Source: a virus
Taxonomy: Duplodnaviria; Caudoviricetes
DNA: 54,420 nucleotides
Virus record (IMG/VR): IMGVR_UViG_3300030085_003649
Span: 1 to 54,420 of that record
Strand: one strand, 5' to 3'
Shown: positions 36,426 through 45,098 of the stretch, one piece after another
Numbering within the stretch: the stretch's first letter is position 1
Layout: each line of letters begins with the position of its first letter
Notes under the pieces: generated by a model
The model's database searches: none
The model's input: only the letters and a program-made list of their open reading frames with translations
What the model was told of the DNA's origin: nothing
Made by a program: the position numbers and the translations under genes

Positions 36426-37145
36426 CTAGCCGAAAAAACTAGAGAGTCCTTCCAGAACAACGGTGCTTTCAACGTTTGTATTCGGATTGGTAATCGTAAC
36501 TTCATGAGAAAGTTTAGGCATGGTCGTAAAGAATTTCTCAATCTGTTTGAACTGAGATGAATTCATAGACTCCATGAAGTCCATAAGTTCTTTCTTAGTA
36601 CAATCAGATGCAGCCCAAGACTCCTCTTCATTGTAAACAATATCAATACAGGATGATAACAATTCAAATGTTTGTTCTACATTTGCTTCATCACTAAAAT
36701 CAAAGTTAGTTTTGATGAATTGTTCCAAAGATGGATACTTCATCTGCATTTTCAATCCCGAACCCAAATCAATCTCATTGACATGTTCAGGATCTCTCTT
36801 GATTTCAATCTCGTCAAGGAAAATACCAACATCAACAGTAGATCTGCCATCATCAGGACATACCAACCTAACATCCACTTTCTCACCAACAGATTTTCCT
36901 CGGATATGAAGGAAAATATATTCGATGTCAAATGTTGGAAGATTGTCTACTTTTACCCCTCTAGTCTTAATGCAATTCTTCAGTACATTTTTGACTGCAG
37001 TGGTGATGTCTTTTTGATTTTCGGTTTCCATTGCCAACATCAGAACCTTTTCTTCTTTTACTAAGAAAGGTCGATACTCAATCTTTTTTCCGGTAGAAGG
37101 CAAATCAAGAGAATAATATGGAGTTTCAATTTTTGGTAAAGGCAT
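36426..37145 (-). CDS. gp26: baseplate hub subunit gp26
   Basis: MPLPKI.TP.Y.L.LPS.GK.I.YRPFLVKEEK, FDIEYIFL.IRGKSVGE and LEGLSSFF motifs. Confidence 0.9.
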   Translation of the reverse strand: MPLPKIETPYYSLDLPSTGKKIEYRPFLVKEEKVLMLAMETENQKDITTAVKNVLKNCIKTRGVKVDNLPTFDIEYIFLHIRGKSVGEKVDVRLVCPDDGRSTVDVGIFLDEIEIKRDPEHVNEIDLGSGLKMQMKYPSLEQFIKTNFDFSDEANVEQTFELLSSCIDIVYNEEESWAASDCTKKELMDFMESMNSSQFKQIEKFFTTMPKLSHEVTITNPNTNVESTVVLEGLSSFFG

Positions 37146-37174
37146 AATGTCCTATAACGTTTTTTCAGTGTGAT

Positions 37175-37182
37175 TATTTATA
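37175..37182 (-). promoter_or_regulatory. T4-type late promoter TATAAATA
   Basis: Perfect T4 gp55 consensus, 30 nt upstream of gp26. Confidence 0.8.
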
Positions 37183-37183
37183 G

Positions 37184-37999
37184 TTATCTTAGGAAGTCTG
37201 CTAAATCCTCCCCGGCAGGAGAAATAGTTTCAACTGCTCTACTCAATATTGAATTAGGATCTCCGAAAGATCCCAATCCCTGACTCGATGCTGTTTCATC
37301 TAAGGTTGTTTGAACTCTTGCGGGTTTATCAACCACATATCTGTCATATGTAAAAGAACAAGTGCATTGTAACAAGGACGCTGCTCCATAAGAAACTTCC
37401 ATCGATGATATATTGGTAGGAAAAGCATTGATAAAAGTATATGTAATCATATCATTCCTATCCACATCTTTATTAAACTTGGTAAGATAAATGGAGTGTT
37501 TATAATTATCCGGATAATTAAATTCATAAAAAGCGTTTTTCGCTGCACCATTTTCAAGTTGACCTTGAGGATTACTACTAGAAATGTAGTCCATCCATGC
37601 CTCTAAGAATTGAATCTGTCTGTACTCAGAGTCAACATAAAAAGTGAAACTAGCATCATCAAATGTTCTTCTATATGCGTTTTTCTGAGTTACACCATAA
37701 TAATGTGCGGCATTTTCAGTAGTCGCAAAAAACGATCCAGGTAATTGAGCACTAGTCGCCATAATACCAGACTGTTCCAACTGGAATCCAACGTCTAGTC
37801 CTCTCTGCACCAAAAAGTCTTTCAAAGAGGTTATAGGTTCACCCTGACCACCACCATCCGAAGGTGTACTAACATTGGCAGAAATACCAAATGTCACCTG
37901 ATACTGGTTAGTTTGAGCTAACGAACTAAATCTGGATAAAAAATCCTGAGTTCTATACTGTTTGGCTATGCCTGGTTTTGTTCCAGATGTTTGTGCCAT
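37184..37999 (-). CDS. tail tube initiator-like protein (gp54/gp19 fold)
   Basis: A.LPG, YRR.FDD..FTFYVD..Y....F.E.WMDYI and Y.F.NAFP..I....VSY.......C.F.YDRY motifs. Confidence 0.65.
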   Translation of the reverse strand: MAQTSGTKPGIAKQYRTQDFLSRFSSLAQTNQYQVTFGISANVSTPSDGGGQGEPITSLKDFLVQRGLDVGFQLEQSGIMATSAQLPGSFFATTENAAHYYGVTQKNAYRRTFDDASFTFYVDSEYRQIQFLEAWMDYISSSNPQGQLENGAAKNAFYEFNYPDNYKHSIYLTKFNKDVDRNDMITYTFINAFPTNISSMEVSYGAASLLQCTCSFTYDRYVVDKPARVQTTLDETASSQGLGSFGDPNSILSRAVETISPAGEDLADFLR

Positions 38000-38001
38000 G
38001 A

Positions 38002-38012
38002 ATAAATATTTA
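38002..38012. promoter_or_regulatory. overlapping divergent late promoters (ATAAATA on +, TAAATA on -)
   Basis: ATAAATATTTA sits in the 29-bp gap between divergent genes. Confidence 0.6.
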
Positions 38013-38028
38013 AAGTGCTTTATTCATA

Positions 38029-38463
38029 ATGAGTTATAAAGGAAAGTTTAGACCTTCATACCCTTCAAAATACAAAGGGGATCCCACAAATATTATTTAT
38101 AGGAGTTTGTGGGAACTTAGGTTCATGAACTGGTGTGATAGAAATGAAAATATAATCGAGTGGGGCAGTGAAGAGTTTTTTATTCCATACGTCTCTCCTC
38201 TGGACAATAGAATTCATAGATATTTTCCAGATTTTTACATGAAAGTAAAAGAGAGTAATGGTTCTAATAAATCATATGTGATTGAAGTGAAACCAAAAAA
38301 ACAAGTCACTGGTCCCAAAAAACAAAAGAGAAAGACAAAAAGATATTTGGCAGAGGTCATGGAATTTGCAAAGAACAAAGCAAAATGGAAAGCCGCAGAA
38401 GAATTTTGCGCTGATCGTTTGTGGGAATTTAAAATAGTAACGGAGGACGAACTTGGCATCTAA
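38029..38463 (+). CDS. gp4: head completion nuclease gp4 (TnsA-like)
   Basis: YKG.F.P..P.KYKGDPTNIIYRSLWE, WGSEE..IPY, HRYFPDF, IEVKP and N.AKW.AA motifs. Confidence 0.92.
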   Translation: MSYKGKFRPSYPSKYKGDPTNIIYRSLWELRFMNWCDRNENIIEWGSEEFFIPYVSPLDNRIHRYFPDFYMKVKESNGSNKSYVIEVKPKKQVTGPKKQKRKTKRYLAEVMEFAKNKAKWKAAEEFCADRLWEFKIVTEDELGI

Positions 38464-39082
38464 AACTCTGTTTTCTCAGGTGCATGAAGAATTAGACATG
38501 GAAGAGGGTAAATCACCCTTTTTCTATAGACGTGCTATGAGAAGATTAATAACCAGATATAAACAAGATCCAAGTAAAATTATATTAGATGAAAAAAGAG
38601 ATACTGGCGATGCGGATGAGAACACTCTAAGAGTCATTCCCAAACCAGGTCATATCATGATGTTTGACTACATGCCAGAAAAAGATAAAAACGTAAAGTA
38701 TTTTGATTCATTCCCACTAGTTTACATAGTTTCTATTTCTGGCGATTCTTTTCTTGGTTCAGATCTTCGTCGAATAGACCCAATGAGGAGACAAAAAGTT
38801 ATCGATGCGTTGAGTGATGATAGATTGATGTTACCTAGGTCAACCTTGTCTAAATACTTAATAAAAAATGTGAAGGGGTTCTTTTTAGATATCGCCCACG
38901 ATGAGTGGGAATCGGCCTCTCTCCTACCTCTAGAAAATTTTGTTTCTATCAAAGATGGAAAACAAGAATCGGTGAAAACAACTGATGTTTGGAAAAACAC
39001 TAGAAGTTCTTTTGGAAAGATGCTGAGGGGTAGAAGAATATACAAATCATATGGCAAAAATGATGAATCTTTCAGAGGCTAA
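38453..39082 (+). CDS. gp2: DNA end protector protein gp2
   Basis: PGHIMMFDY.P...YFDSFPLV, FLG, KYL and EW..A..LP.E.F motifs. Follows gp4, TTG start. Confidence 0.7.
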   Translation: MASKTLFSQVHEELDMEEGKSPFFYRRAMRRLITRYKQDPSKIILDEKRDTGDADENTLRVIPKPGHIMMFDYMPEKDKNVKYFDSFPLVYIVSISGDSFLGSDLRRIDPMRRQKVIDALSDDRLMLPRSTLSKYLIKNVKGFFLDIAHDEWESASLLPLENFVSIKDGKQESVKTTDVWKNTRSSFGKMLRGRRIYKSYGKNDESFRG

Positions 39083-39084
39083 AG

Positions 39085-40479
39085 ATGGCAGAATTTAAAT
39101 CTGATAAAACTAGATTAAATTTTACATATAAAGAACAAACCAGACGTGGAAGTAGATCCAAGTCTACTTTTTTGGAGGTGCAAACGACTTTCAATGATGA
39201 GACCGGAGAAACTGTTGTAACCTCCACAAAGACAGGGAATGTGTTAGCGAGAAAATCTAAAACTGGAGATTTTGAACTGACTCAAGATGGTAAAGATATT
39301 CCCAATTTTGAAGGTGCTTTCGCGAATGATCAAAACGTGAAGGCACAGATGAGTAATCTGACACGTCAAGGTATCACAAAAACACTGAAAGAACAAGGAA
39401 AGTCAGCAGGGGCAGGAAACGCAGGAAATATAAATTCGGTAGAAGACCTTGGAAATGAAAACCCACCAAAAGAAGAAGCAGATCAACCAGAGGAAAAAGC
39501 AGGACCAACACCCACGAACAACTCAGCCACTGCATCAGGTCAATTGGGTGGAGAGGCTTCATATAGAAAGAGTTACGGAAATCTTTACTATCCAGAAGAT
39601 TTGCCCGACAGTGGAATGGATGTATTGCGATTTGTCATGTATCGACACGTTGCGAATAGCAAATTAAACATCACTGGTGGCTCTGGAGAAGCATCATTAT
39701 CGTCATTTTTTGACTTAGGTAGAGCAACTGAAAGATTCAGAGGTAAAAAGACTCTTGGATCGGTAATGGTTCCGATTCAAGGATCAATAAACTCAAGTGA
39801 TAGTGTCAGTTGGGGTCCCAATGAATTGAATGCTTTCCAAGCATATGGTGCAAGTGCTCTGAGTGCCATCATGGGTTCTGGTCTGGATGTTGGTAAACAA
39901 CTTGGAGCCTCTTTGAATCAATTGGGAAGGGATGTTACAGGAAATTCAGAGGAATTATCACAATCATTAACTTCAGCGATTGCAAGTAGAATCGTGGGTG
40001 GAGGTAGAATTTTAACCAGAGCCACTGGTGCTGTTGTCAACCCAAACATGGAATTATTATTCAATGGACCATCACTGAGAAATTTTACTTTTCAAATTAG
40101 ATTGTCTCCTAGAAATGCCAAGGAGACTCAGATGTGTAAAAAAATCATCAGGTTCTTTAAACAGGGAATGTCGGTAAAAGCGACATCTAAACAACTCTTT
40201 TTACAAACTCCCAATGTTTTCCAAATTTCATATGGCAGAAAAGGGACTGAAGTAACTGTTGATAATGTAAATGAGAATCATGAGTTTATGAACTGTTTTA
40301 AAATGTGTGCTCTCACCAGTTGCAGTGTTGACTACAATCCGGATGGGTCATTTATGACTCTTCCAGACGGATCTATGACAGCATATAATATAAGTATGAC
40401 TTTCTCGGAACTGGAGCCTATCTACGATTCCGATTATTCAGCATTAGATAGCGACCAAGACACCATGATAGGATACTAA
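39085..40479 (+). CDS. gp48: baseplate tail tube cap gp48
   Basis: NPNMELLFNGPSLRNFTF...SPRN.KE...IIRFFK and CALTSCSVDYNPDG...MTFSELEP motifs. Confidence 0.88.
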   Translation: MAEFKSDKTRLNFTYKEQTRRGSRSKSTFLEVQTTFNDETGETVVTSTKTGNVLARKSKTGDFELTQDGKDIPNFEGAFANDQNVKAQMSNLTRQGITKTLKEQGKSAGAGNAGNINSVEDLGNENPPKEEADQPEEKAGPTPTNNSATASGQLGGEASYRKSYGNLYYPEDLPDSGMDVLRFVMYRHVANSKLNITGGSGEASLSSFFDLGRATERFRGKKTLGSVMVPIQGSINSSDSVSWGPNELNAFQAYGASALSAIMGSGLDVGKQLGASLNQLGRDVTGNSEELSQSLTSAIASRIVGGGRILTRATGAVVNPNMELLFNGPSLRNFTFQIRLSPRNAKETQMCKKIIRFFKQGMSVKATSKQLFLQTPNVFQISYGRKGTEVTVDNVNENHEFMNCFKMCALTSCSVDYNPDGSFMTLPDGSMTAYNISMTFSELEPIYDSDYSALDSDQDTMIGY

Positions 40480-40480
40480 A

Positions 40481-41149
40481 ATGTCAAACTATTTCCGTTA
40501 CCTACCAGATTTTGAATATGTCTCTAGATTTGACGATAAGTCAAGTTCAGACTTTGTGTTGTCTAAGAATATCTTCCGAAAAGTGAGACTTAGAGAAGAC
40601 GTTGCAGGCAACATGTTCTTCTTTGACAAATATATCGTCAAAGGAGACAGTAGACCAGACAACGTTGCAGAAGAACTATATGATGATCCAGCATTAGATT
40701 GGATTATTTTGACTTGCAATAACATCATCAATGTCAGAGATGAATGGCCAATGAGTCAAAGAATGTTTAATTCATACCTTGAACAAAAATATGGATCTAT
40801 GACAAATGCAGAAAAGGTTAAACACTACAAAACGACTCAAATTGTAGATGGTATCGGTCGAGTTGTTTTACCTGCTGGTAAGATTGTCGATAAAGACTTT
40901 ACTTTTACATATTATGACTCTGGAAGAGAAACTGAGACCATAGCCACAAATATCACTACAGAAGTAACTTTCAAAGACTTTGAAGAACAAGAGAATGACG
41001 CAAAAAGAGAAATAAACGTCATTAGACCCATTCATGTTCAGACTTTCATCGATGATCTAAAATCGACCATGGAGTATAAAAGAGGTGGCACTCAATACAT
41101 GAGTCCGACACTTAAACGAGGATCTAATATAAACAACAATATCCTATAA
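40481..41149 (+). CDS. gp53: baseplate wedge subunit gp53
   Basis: YF..LPDFEY, RPDNVAEELY.DP.LDWIIL..NNI....EWP and E...N.AKREI motifs. Confidence 0.9.
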   Translation: MSNYFRYLPDFEYVSRFDDKSSSDFVLSKNIFRKVRLREDVAGNMFFFDKYIVKGDSRPDNVAEELYDDPALDWIILTCNNIINVRDEWPMSQRMFNSYLEQKYGSMTNAEKVKHYKTTQIVDGIGRVVLPAGKIVDKDFTFTYYDSGRETETIATNITTEVTFKDFEEQENDAKREINVIRPIHVQTFIDDLKSTMEYKRGGTQYMSPTLKRGSNINNNIL

Positions 41150-41187
41150 AAAAACCTGGCCACTGAAAAATGGCCAGGAATTTTTTT
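41147..41187. terminator. bidirectional intrinsic terminator (A7-CCTGGCCA-loop-TGGCCAGG-AA-T7)
   Basis: 8-bp stem between the convergent gp53 and gp32 genes, with tracts on both sides. A second hairpin CGCTTTTT...AAAAAGCG follows. Confidence 0.7.
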
Positions 41188-41220
41188 AGCGCTTTTTTTG
41201 AATTAAAAAGCGAAATTGAC

Positions 41221-42135
41221 TCAGGACTCCGCCAGTTTTTGGAAGTAACTCAGAGCATCATCCTCATCTTCAGTTGGTGAGGGGATGGTCGGTTCTTCAG
41301 CAACCACTTCAGGTGCCTTGGATTCAAAGGTAGGAGTGAAAGATCCACGACCTTCGCTCTCGTCTTCCAAACTCTCGTCCATGCGGGGAGTTGAGACCTT
41401 CTTCATACCAAGAACCATGTCAAGACGCTTCTTGAGATCCTCATAGGACTTGAACTTATCACGAGCAGTGATCTCGGTCAGAGAATATTGCTTCTTCCAG
41501 ATACTTTCCAAAGCATCATCGTCGGGAAGAAGAGGTTCAACAGGACCAAACTCGGAGGAGTCATAGTTCCAGTAACCAGCGACCTTCTTGATCTTCAGTT
41601 TGAAGTTAGCACCCTGCCAGAAATCAAAGGGATTGATAGCAGTCTCGTCTTCAAACTCAGGTTGCATTGCTTCCATGATCTTATCAAAGATCTTCTTACC
41701 AAACTTATAGAGGAAGACTTGACCTTCGTTCTGAGGATTGGTGGGATCCTTCACAACGTAGATGTTGGCGTAGTAAGACAGTTTACGCTTCTGTTTACGA
41801 ACGGTATCTTTGTCTGCATCGATACCACTGTTCCACAGTTCGCGGTTATATTCAGACACAGGATCTTTCTCATTCAGGGTGGTGAGAGAGTTCTCAATGT
41901 ACCAACCACCAGGACCTTGGAAGGCATGAGTCCAGATCTTTGCCCAAGGAATGTCTTCACCCTCAGGAGCAGGCAGGAAACGGATGACTGCATAACCGTT
42001 GCCAGTCTTATCCATTTCAGGTTTCCAAATGCGATCATCGACATTGGAATTAGTATTCAGTTTTTCTACTTCCTTGACCAGTTTAGATGTCAGGGAACCA
42101 AGTTTGGATTGCTTTTTAAGATCAGAAAAAGACAT
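41221..42135 (-). CDS. gp32: single-stranded DNA-binding protein gp32
   Basis: MSFSDLKK, DDRIWKP.MDKTGNGYAVIRFLP, WYIENSLTT, KFGKKIFDKI, NPFDFWQGANFKLKI motifs and an acidic tail. Start moved from 42258. Confidence 0.95.
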   Translation of the reverse strand: MSFSDLKKQSKLGSLTSKLVKEVEKLNTNSNVDDRIWKPEMDKTGNGYAVIRFLPAPEGEDIPWAKIWTHAFQGPGGWYIENSLTTLNEKDPVSEYNRELWNSGIDADKDTVRKQKRKLSYYANIYVVKDPTNPQNEGQVFLYKFGKKIFDKIMEAMQPEFEDETAINPFDFWQGANFKLKIKKVAGYWNYDSSEFGPVEPLLPDDDALESIWKKQYSLTEITARDKFKSYEDLKKRLDMVLGMKKVSTPRMDESLEDESEGRGSFTPTFESKAPEVVAEEPTIPSPTEDEDDALSYFQKLAES

Positions 42136-42175
42136 TCGTATTCTCCGTATTGTTTGTATTGTGTGGATTGATTGT

Positions 42176-42204
42176 ATTTTAACAAGGTCAACTCGTGGAG
42201 TCAA
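42176..42204 (-). promoter_or_regulatory. sigma70-type promoter TTGACT-N17-TAAAAT for gp32
   Basis: Near-consensus boxes with a 17-nt spacer. Confidence 0.65.
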
Positions 42205-42523
42205 CCTCTTTTCGCATACTGGTAAGCATCTTTGAAAGATTAGCAAATAATACTGCAACGTCGGTTCCTTTAGGGATACCCATCACTTCACATTGATCAA
42301 TGATTTGTTGCTTCATTTTTATAGCATCAGGATCATCTGATAGAGACATTCTTGTGTAAAGAATCCTCTGTTTATCTAGGAGAGTTTCAAGCATACCAAT
42401 GTGCTCAAGTTTTTCTACCTTAGACATTGATGGAAATCTCATGACACTTTGGTAGATCTCCTCCTGAAGTCTTTGGACCTCAGCCATCTCTGATCTAACT
42501 AAGTCGGAATTGAAAAAACTCAT
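42188..42523 (-). CDS. DUF1825-like conserved cyanophage protein
   Basis: MSFFNSDLVRSEM..Q...LL.KQRILYTRMSLSDDP.A. Usual position between gp59 and gp32. Confidence 0.75.
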   Translation of the reverse strand: MSFFNSDLVRSEMAEVQRLQEEIYQSVMRFPSMSKVEKLEHIGMLETLLDKQRILYTRMSLSDDPDAIKMKQQIIDQCEVMGIPKGTDVAVLFANLSKMLTSMRKEVDSTS

Positions 42524-43113
42524 TCGCCTAATACTTTTTGCTTAAGAACCTTTTTATAACGAAATACATCAATATTTAGAAATGGTTCATATTTCTTCAT
42601 CTTCATACTTACGGATTCCCACACCGGATCCGTCAGTTTATTGTCAAATTGTTTACGATATCCAAGAATCTTATCCAGAATTATCATAGTTTCGATTGAC
42701 ACGTCACCACCCAAATATTTCTTGAGTACAGTTGGATGGCCACTCTTACTTGTAAAAACCGAATCAATATCCTGATCTACAAGAATACTATCAACTTCCT
42801 CCCCAAAGATGTAGGAAAGAGACTGAGTTCTTTTCTTCCATGCTGTGTATCTACCTTCACCTTGACTTATCATTTCTCCTATCCAAAGCTTACTTGGATC
42901 AGTGCAGGTGATAAAGTTAGATACAAAGAAATCTACTACTTCTTTGTCAGATTTTGACCGTGATAGTTTCTCAAACCAATATCGGTCTTTGCGTTTATAG
43001 AAAGATTGTACAGTTGCTCTCGTCTTACCATTGTATTTGTGGTAATCATACTTGTCCTTTGTAAAATGATTCTTCAAGGACAAATAACATTTATAAGCAT
43101 CAAAGGGCATCAT
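42520..43113 (-). CDS. gp59: gp59 helicase loader
   Basis: Y..YLSLKNHFT..KYDY.KYNGK.R....SFYKRKDRY.FEKLS and SIETMIILD motifs. Confidence 0.88.
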   Translation of the reverse strand: MMPFDAYKCYLSLKNHFTKDKYDYHKYNGKTRATVQSFYKRKDRYWFEKLSRSKSDKEVVDFFVSNFITCTDPSKLWIGEMISQGEGRYTAWKKRTQSLSYIFGEEVDSILVDQDIDSVFTSKSGHPTVLKKYLGGDVSIETMIILDKILGYRKQFDNKLTDPVWESVSMKMKKYEPFLNIDVFRYKKVLKQKVLGE

Positions 43114-43129
43114 TACAAAAGGATAAAAT

Positions 43130-43384
43130 TTAGAGAGGAAGTTTGGCGTAACTTGTCTTCTTCAGAAAGTTGAGTTCGATCGCCTCACCCTTCAGTTTTT
43201 CTTTGAGGGGTTTTGAAATCAGTTTAGATACTGATTCTACATCGATACTATTTTGTTCACAGAAATGTACGATTGCATCGATGTAATTCATCTCTTTGTT
43301 GTCATGAACAAGAGTCTCAATCGCACTAGAAAATCTAGATTGGCACATAAATTTTTCTTCTAAAACTTCTTTAAGTTTTGGCAT
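43130..43384 (-). CDS. gp33: late transcription coactivator gp33
   Basis: FS..IE.LV.....YIDAIVHFCE.N.ID.ESVSKLISKPLKEKLK.EA.ELNFLK motif. Confidence 0.9.
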   Translation of the reverse strand: MPKLKEVLEEKFMCQSRFSSAIETLVHDNKEMNYIDAIVHFCEQNSIDVESVSKLISKPLKEKLKGEAIELNFLKKTSYAKLPL

Positions 43385-44054
43385 TAGATTCTAATTTGAA
43401 GGTTACGAACTCCTTGATGTATCTAACCAGGAGTTTAATATAGTCCCCTTTGTTCCTTTTGTCAAAGACATGATATTCACCATCAGGAGTGACCATGATG
43501 GTGATCAGTTTTTCAACAGGGATGCCCGTCATCTCATAGTACATACATGCGTATGCAACTTCCTGAACAAAGTAGTTCTCCAACCAACTTTCGGGCTTGA
43601 TCTTGGTTGAGGTTTTAAAGTCTATAACTGCGAGTTCTCCCTCGTATTCAGCAATACAATCAACTCGCCCAGCAAGTCCGAAGTATTCTGAGTAGAGAGT
43701 TCTCTCTATGGCGTGTATATTATTTATATTGTTTAACACACCCTTTACAGAATTAAACATAAAAGGAGATGCGGGCGCGTAGTTCTCCGTTAGAATCTTT
43801 TTGTTTTCAAGATAGTCTTGACAGATTTGGTGAAAATCTGTGCCTCTTGCGGTTGCTTTTCTTGTAATTTTATTTGCCTCTTCCTCACCAACTCTCTTTC
43901 TCCAATCAATAAACGTTTGTCGATTGTAGAAGGACGTTACAGAAGTAATAGAGGGAACCCATTGCCCATCAGGAAGATGGTAGAAACGGGTTCCCTCTAT
44001 TTCTTTCTTTTCTAGTTCAACGTCACCGAGGTAATTATGATGAACAAATTGCAT
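43371..44054 (-). CDS. PD-(D/E)XK exonuclease
   Basis: PSITSV, WRKRVGEEEAN, RGT.FH, AGRVDCIAEY.GELAVIDFKTS and YFVQ..AY motifs. Confidence 0.88.
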   Translation of the reverse strand: MQFVHHNYLGDVELEKKEIEGTRFYHLPDGQWVPSITSVTSFYNRQTFIDWRKRVGEEEANKITRKATARGTDFHQICQDYLENKKILTENYAPASPFMFNSVKGVLNNINNIHAIERTLYSEYFGLAGRVDCIAEYEGELAVIDFKTSTKIKPESWLENYFVQEVAYACMYYEMTGIPVEKLITIMVTPDGEYHVFDKRNKGDYIKLLVRYIKEFVTFKLESNAKT

Positions 44055-44809
44055 TAAACAAGACCAAGATAATTTTTCGCTAAGATGTACTCTTTAACCA
44101 ATCCTGAACGAACAATGTCATCGACTCCAAATTCTACCAAGGAGAATGAAGGCATTTTGTTTAGAATACTAATGAAAGTATGCAGACCTTCTCTCTCAGA
44201 ATTCTTTGTCAAGTCACTCTGAACACCATCGCCACAGAAAATAATTTTAGAATTCTCACCAACTCTTGTAATTATACTATCAAGTTCATGGAAATTCAAG
44301 TTTTGGCATTCATCGACAATGATGATCGCATCGTCCAGAGTAGTTCCTCTAATGAAAGAGGTGCTCCAAAAACCAATGGTCTCTTGTGTTTTTAGATTCC
44401 CGTACAGCATCTCAAAGTCAGCGTCAGTAGGCATCTCAAACATATACTTCACCATATTCTTATAAGGAATCTGGTAAAGAGAGGACTTGTCTTCATGATC
44501 ACCAGGGAGGAAACCAATCTCTCTGGTAGAAACTAAAGACCTGACGATGTAAATCTTCTTGTATGGGGAATCATCCCTCAGAACATCATGTAATGCTTTG
44601 TATAAAGCAATGAACGTCTTTCCGGTTCCCGCACATCCATAAGCAAAAAGGTGTTTGTTCTTATCATATTCCTCAAAGAATTTCTTTTGATTTTCTGTGA
44701 GTGGTTCAATATCAACCAAAAAATCATTGTTGATTGGTTTCTTCCGACGCATTTGTTTTGCCGTAAGTCCAACCCCAATGGGATCCGAAGACGATCTTTT
44801 TCTAGGCAT
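44054..44809 (-). CDS. phoH: PhoH family ATPase
   Basis: GCAGTGKT, REIGFLPG, SFIRGTT, IVDECQN, ITRVG, GD..QSDL and DIVRSGLVK motifs. Confidence 0.95.
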   Translation of the reverse strand: MPRKRSSSDPIGVGLTAKQMRRKKPINNDFLVDIEPLTENQKKFFEEYDKNKHLFAYGCAGTGKTFIALYKALHDVLRDDSPYKKIYIVRSLVSTREIGFLPGDHEDKSSLYQIPYKNMVKYMFEMPTDADFEMLYGNLKTQETIGFWSTSFIRGTTLDDAIIIVDECQNLNFHELDSIITRVGENSKIIFCGDGVQSDLTKNSEREGLHTFISILNKMPSFSLVEFGVDDIVRSGLVKEYILAKNYLGLV

Positions 44810-44818
44810 AGACGTTCT

Positions 44819-45070
44819 CTAGTTGTTGGGTTTGATACGTGCTCCAGGAGCGGTTGCTGCCTTGCGAAGGACATCATTCCACCCCGGATGACTCTTGTTC
44901 AATTTATCTTTCCATTCACCAACCTCACCTACACCAGGCATGGTTGATGGATCTGAATAATCCCGAGTCCAATCTGGATTATCTTCTCTCCACTGGTCCC
45001 ATTCATGAACACTCATTTTCACTTCTTTTTGTTCACCGGTTTCTGTATTGATAACGGGGTAAGTAGCCAT
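44819..45070 (-). CDS. conserved cyanophage hypothetical protein (MATYPVINTETGEQKE...)
   Basis: ORF track. ATAAATA late promoter at 45093-45099. Confidence 0.75.
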   Translation of the reverse strand: MATYPVINTETGEQKEVKMSVHEWDQWREDNPDWTRDYSDPSTMPGVGEVGEWKDKLNKSHPGWNDVLRKAATAPGARIKPNN

Positions 45071-45098
45071 ATTGTAAAATATTGTGTACGTTTATTTA

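Noticed and set aside
38029-38463. TnsA-like protein suggesting a Tn7 element
   Set aside because: Sequence and synteny (gp2, gp48, gp53) identify it as head-completion protein gp4.
41488-42171. 227-aa plus-strand ORF (similar cases at 35242-35967, 33032-33535, 17909-18391)
   Set aside because: Antisense to gp32 or structural genes, with no SD, promoter or protein-like features.
42136-42258. N-terminal extension of gp32 in the ORF track
   Set aside because: It overlaps the DUF1825 gene, the promoter and the leader. The conserved start is MSFSDLKK with a GGAG SD.
43371-44054. Cas4-like nuclease as evidence of a CRISPR system
   Set aside because: This is the ordinary core PD-(D/E)XK exonuclease found between phoH and gp33 in T4-like cyanophages. 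No array was seen.
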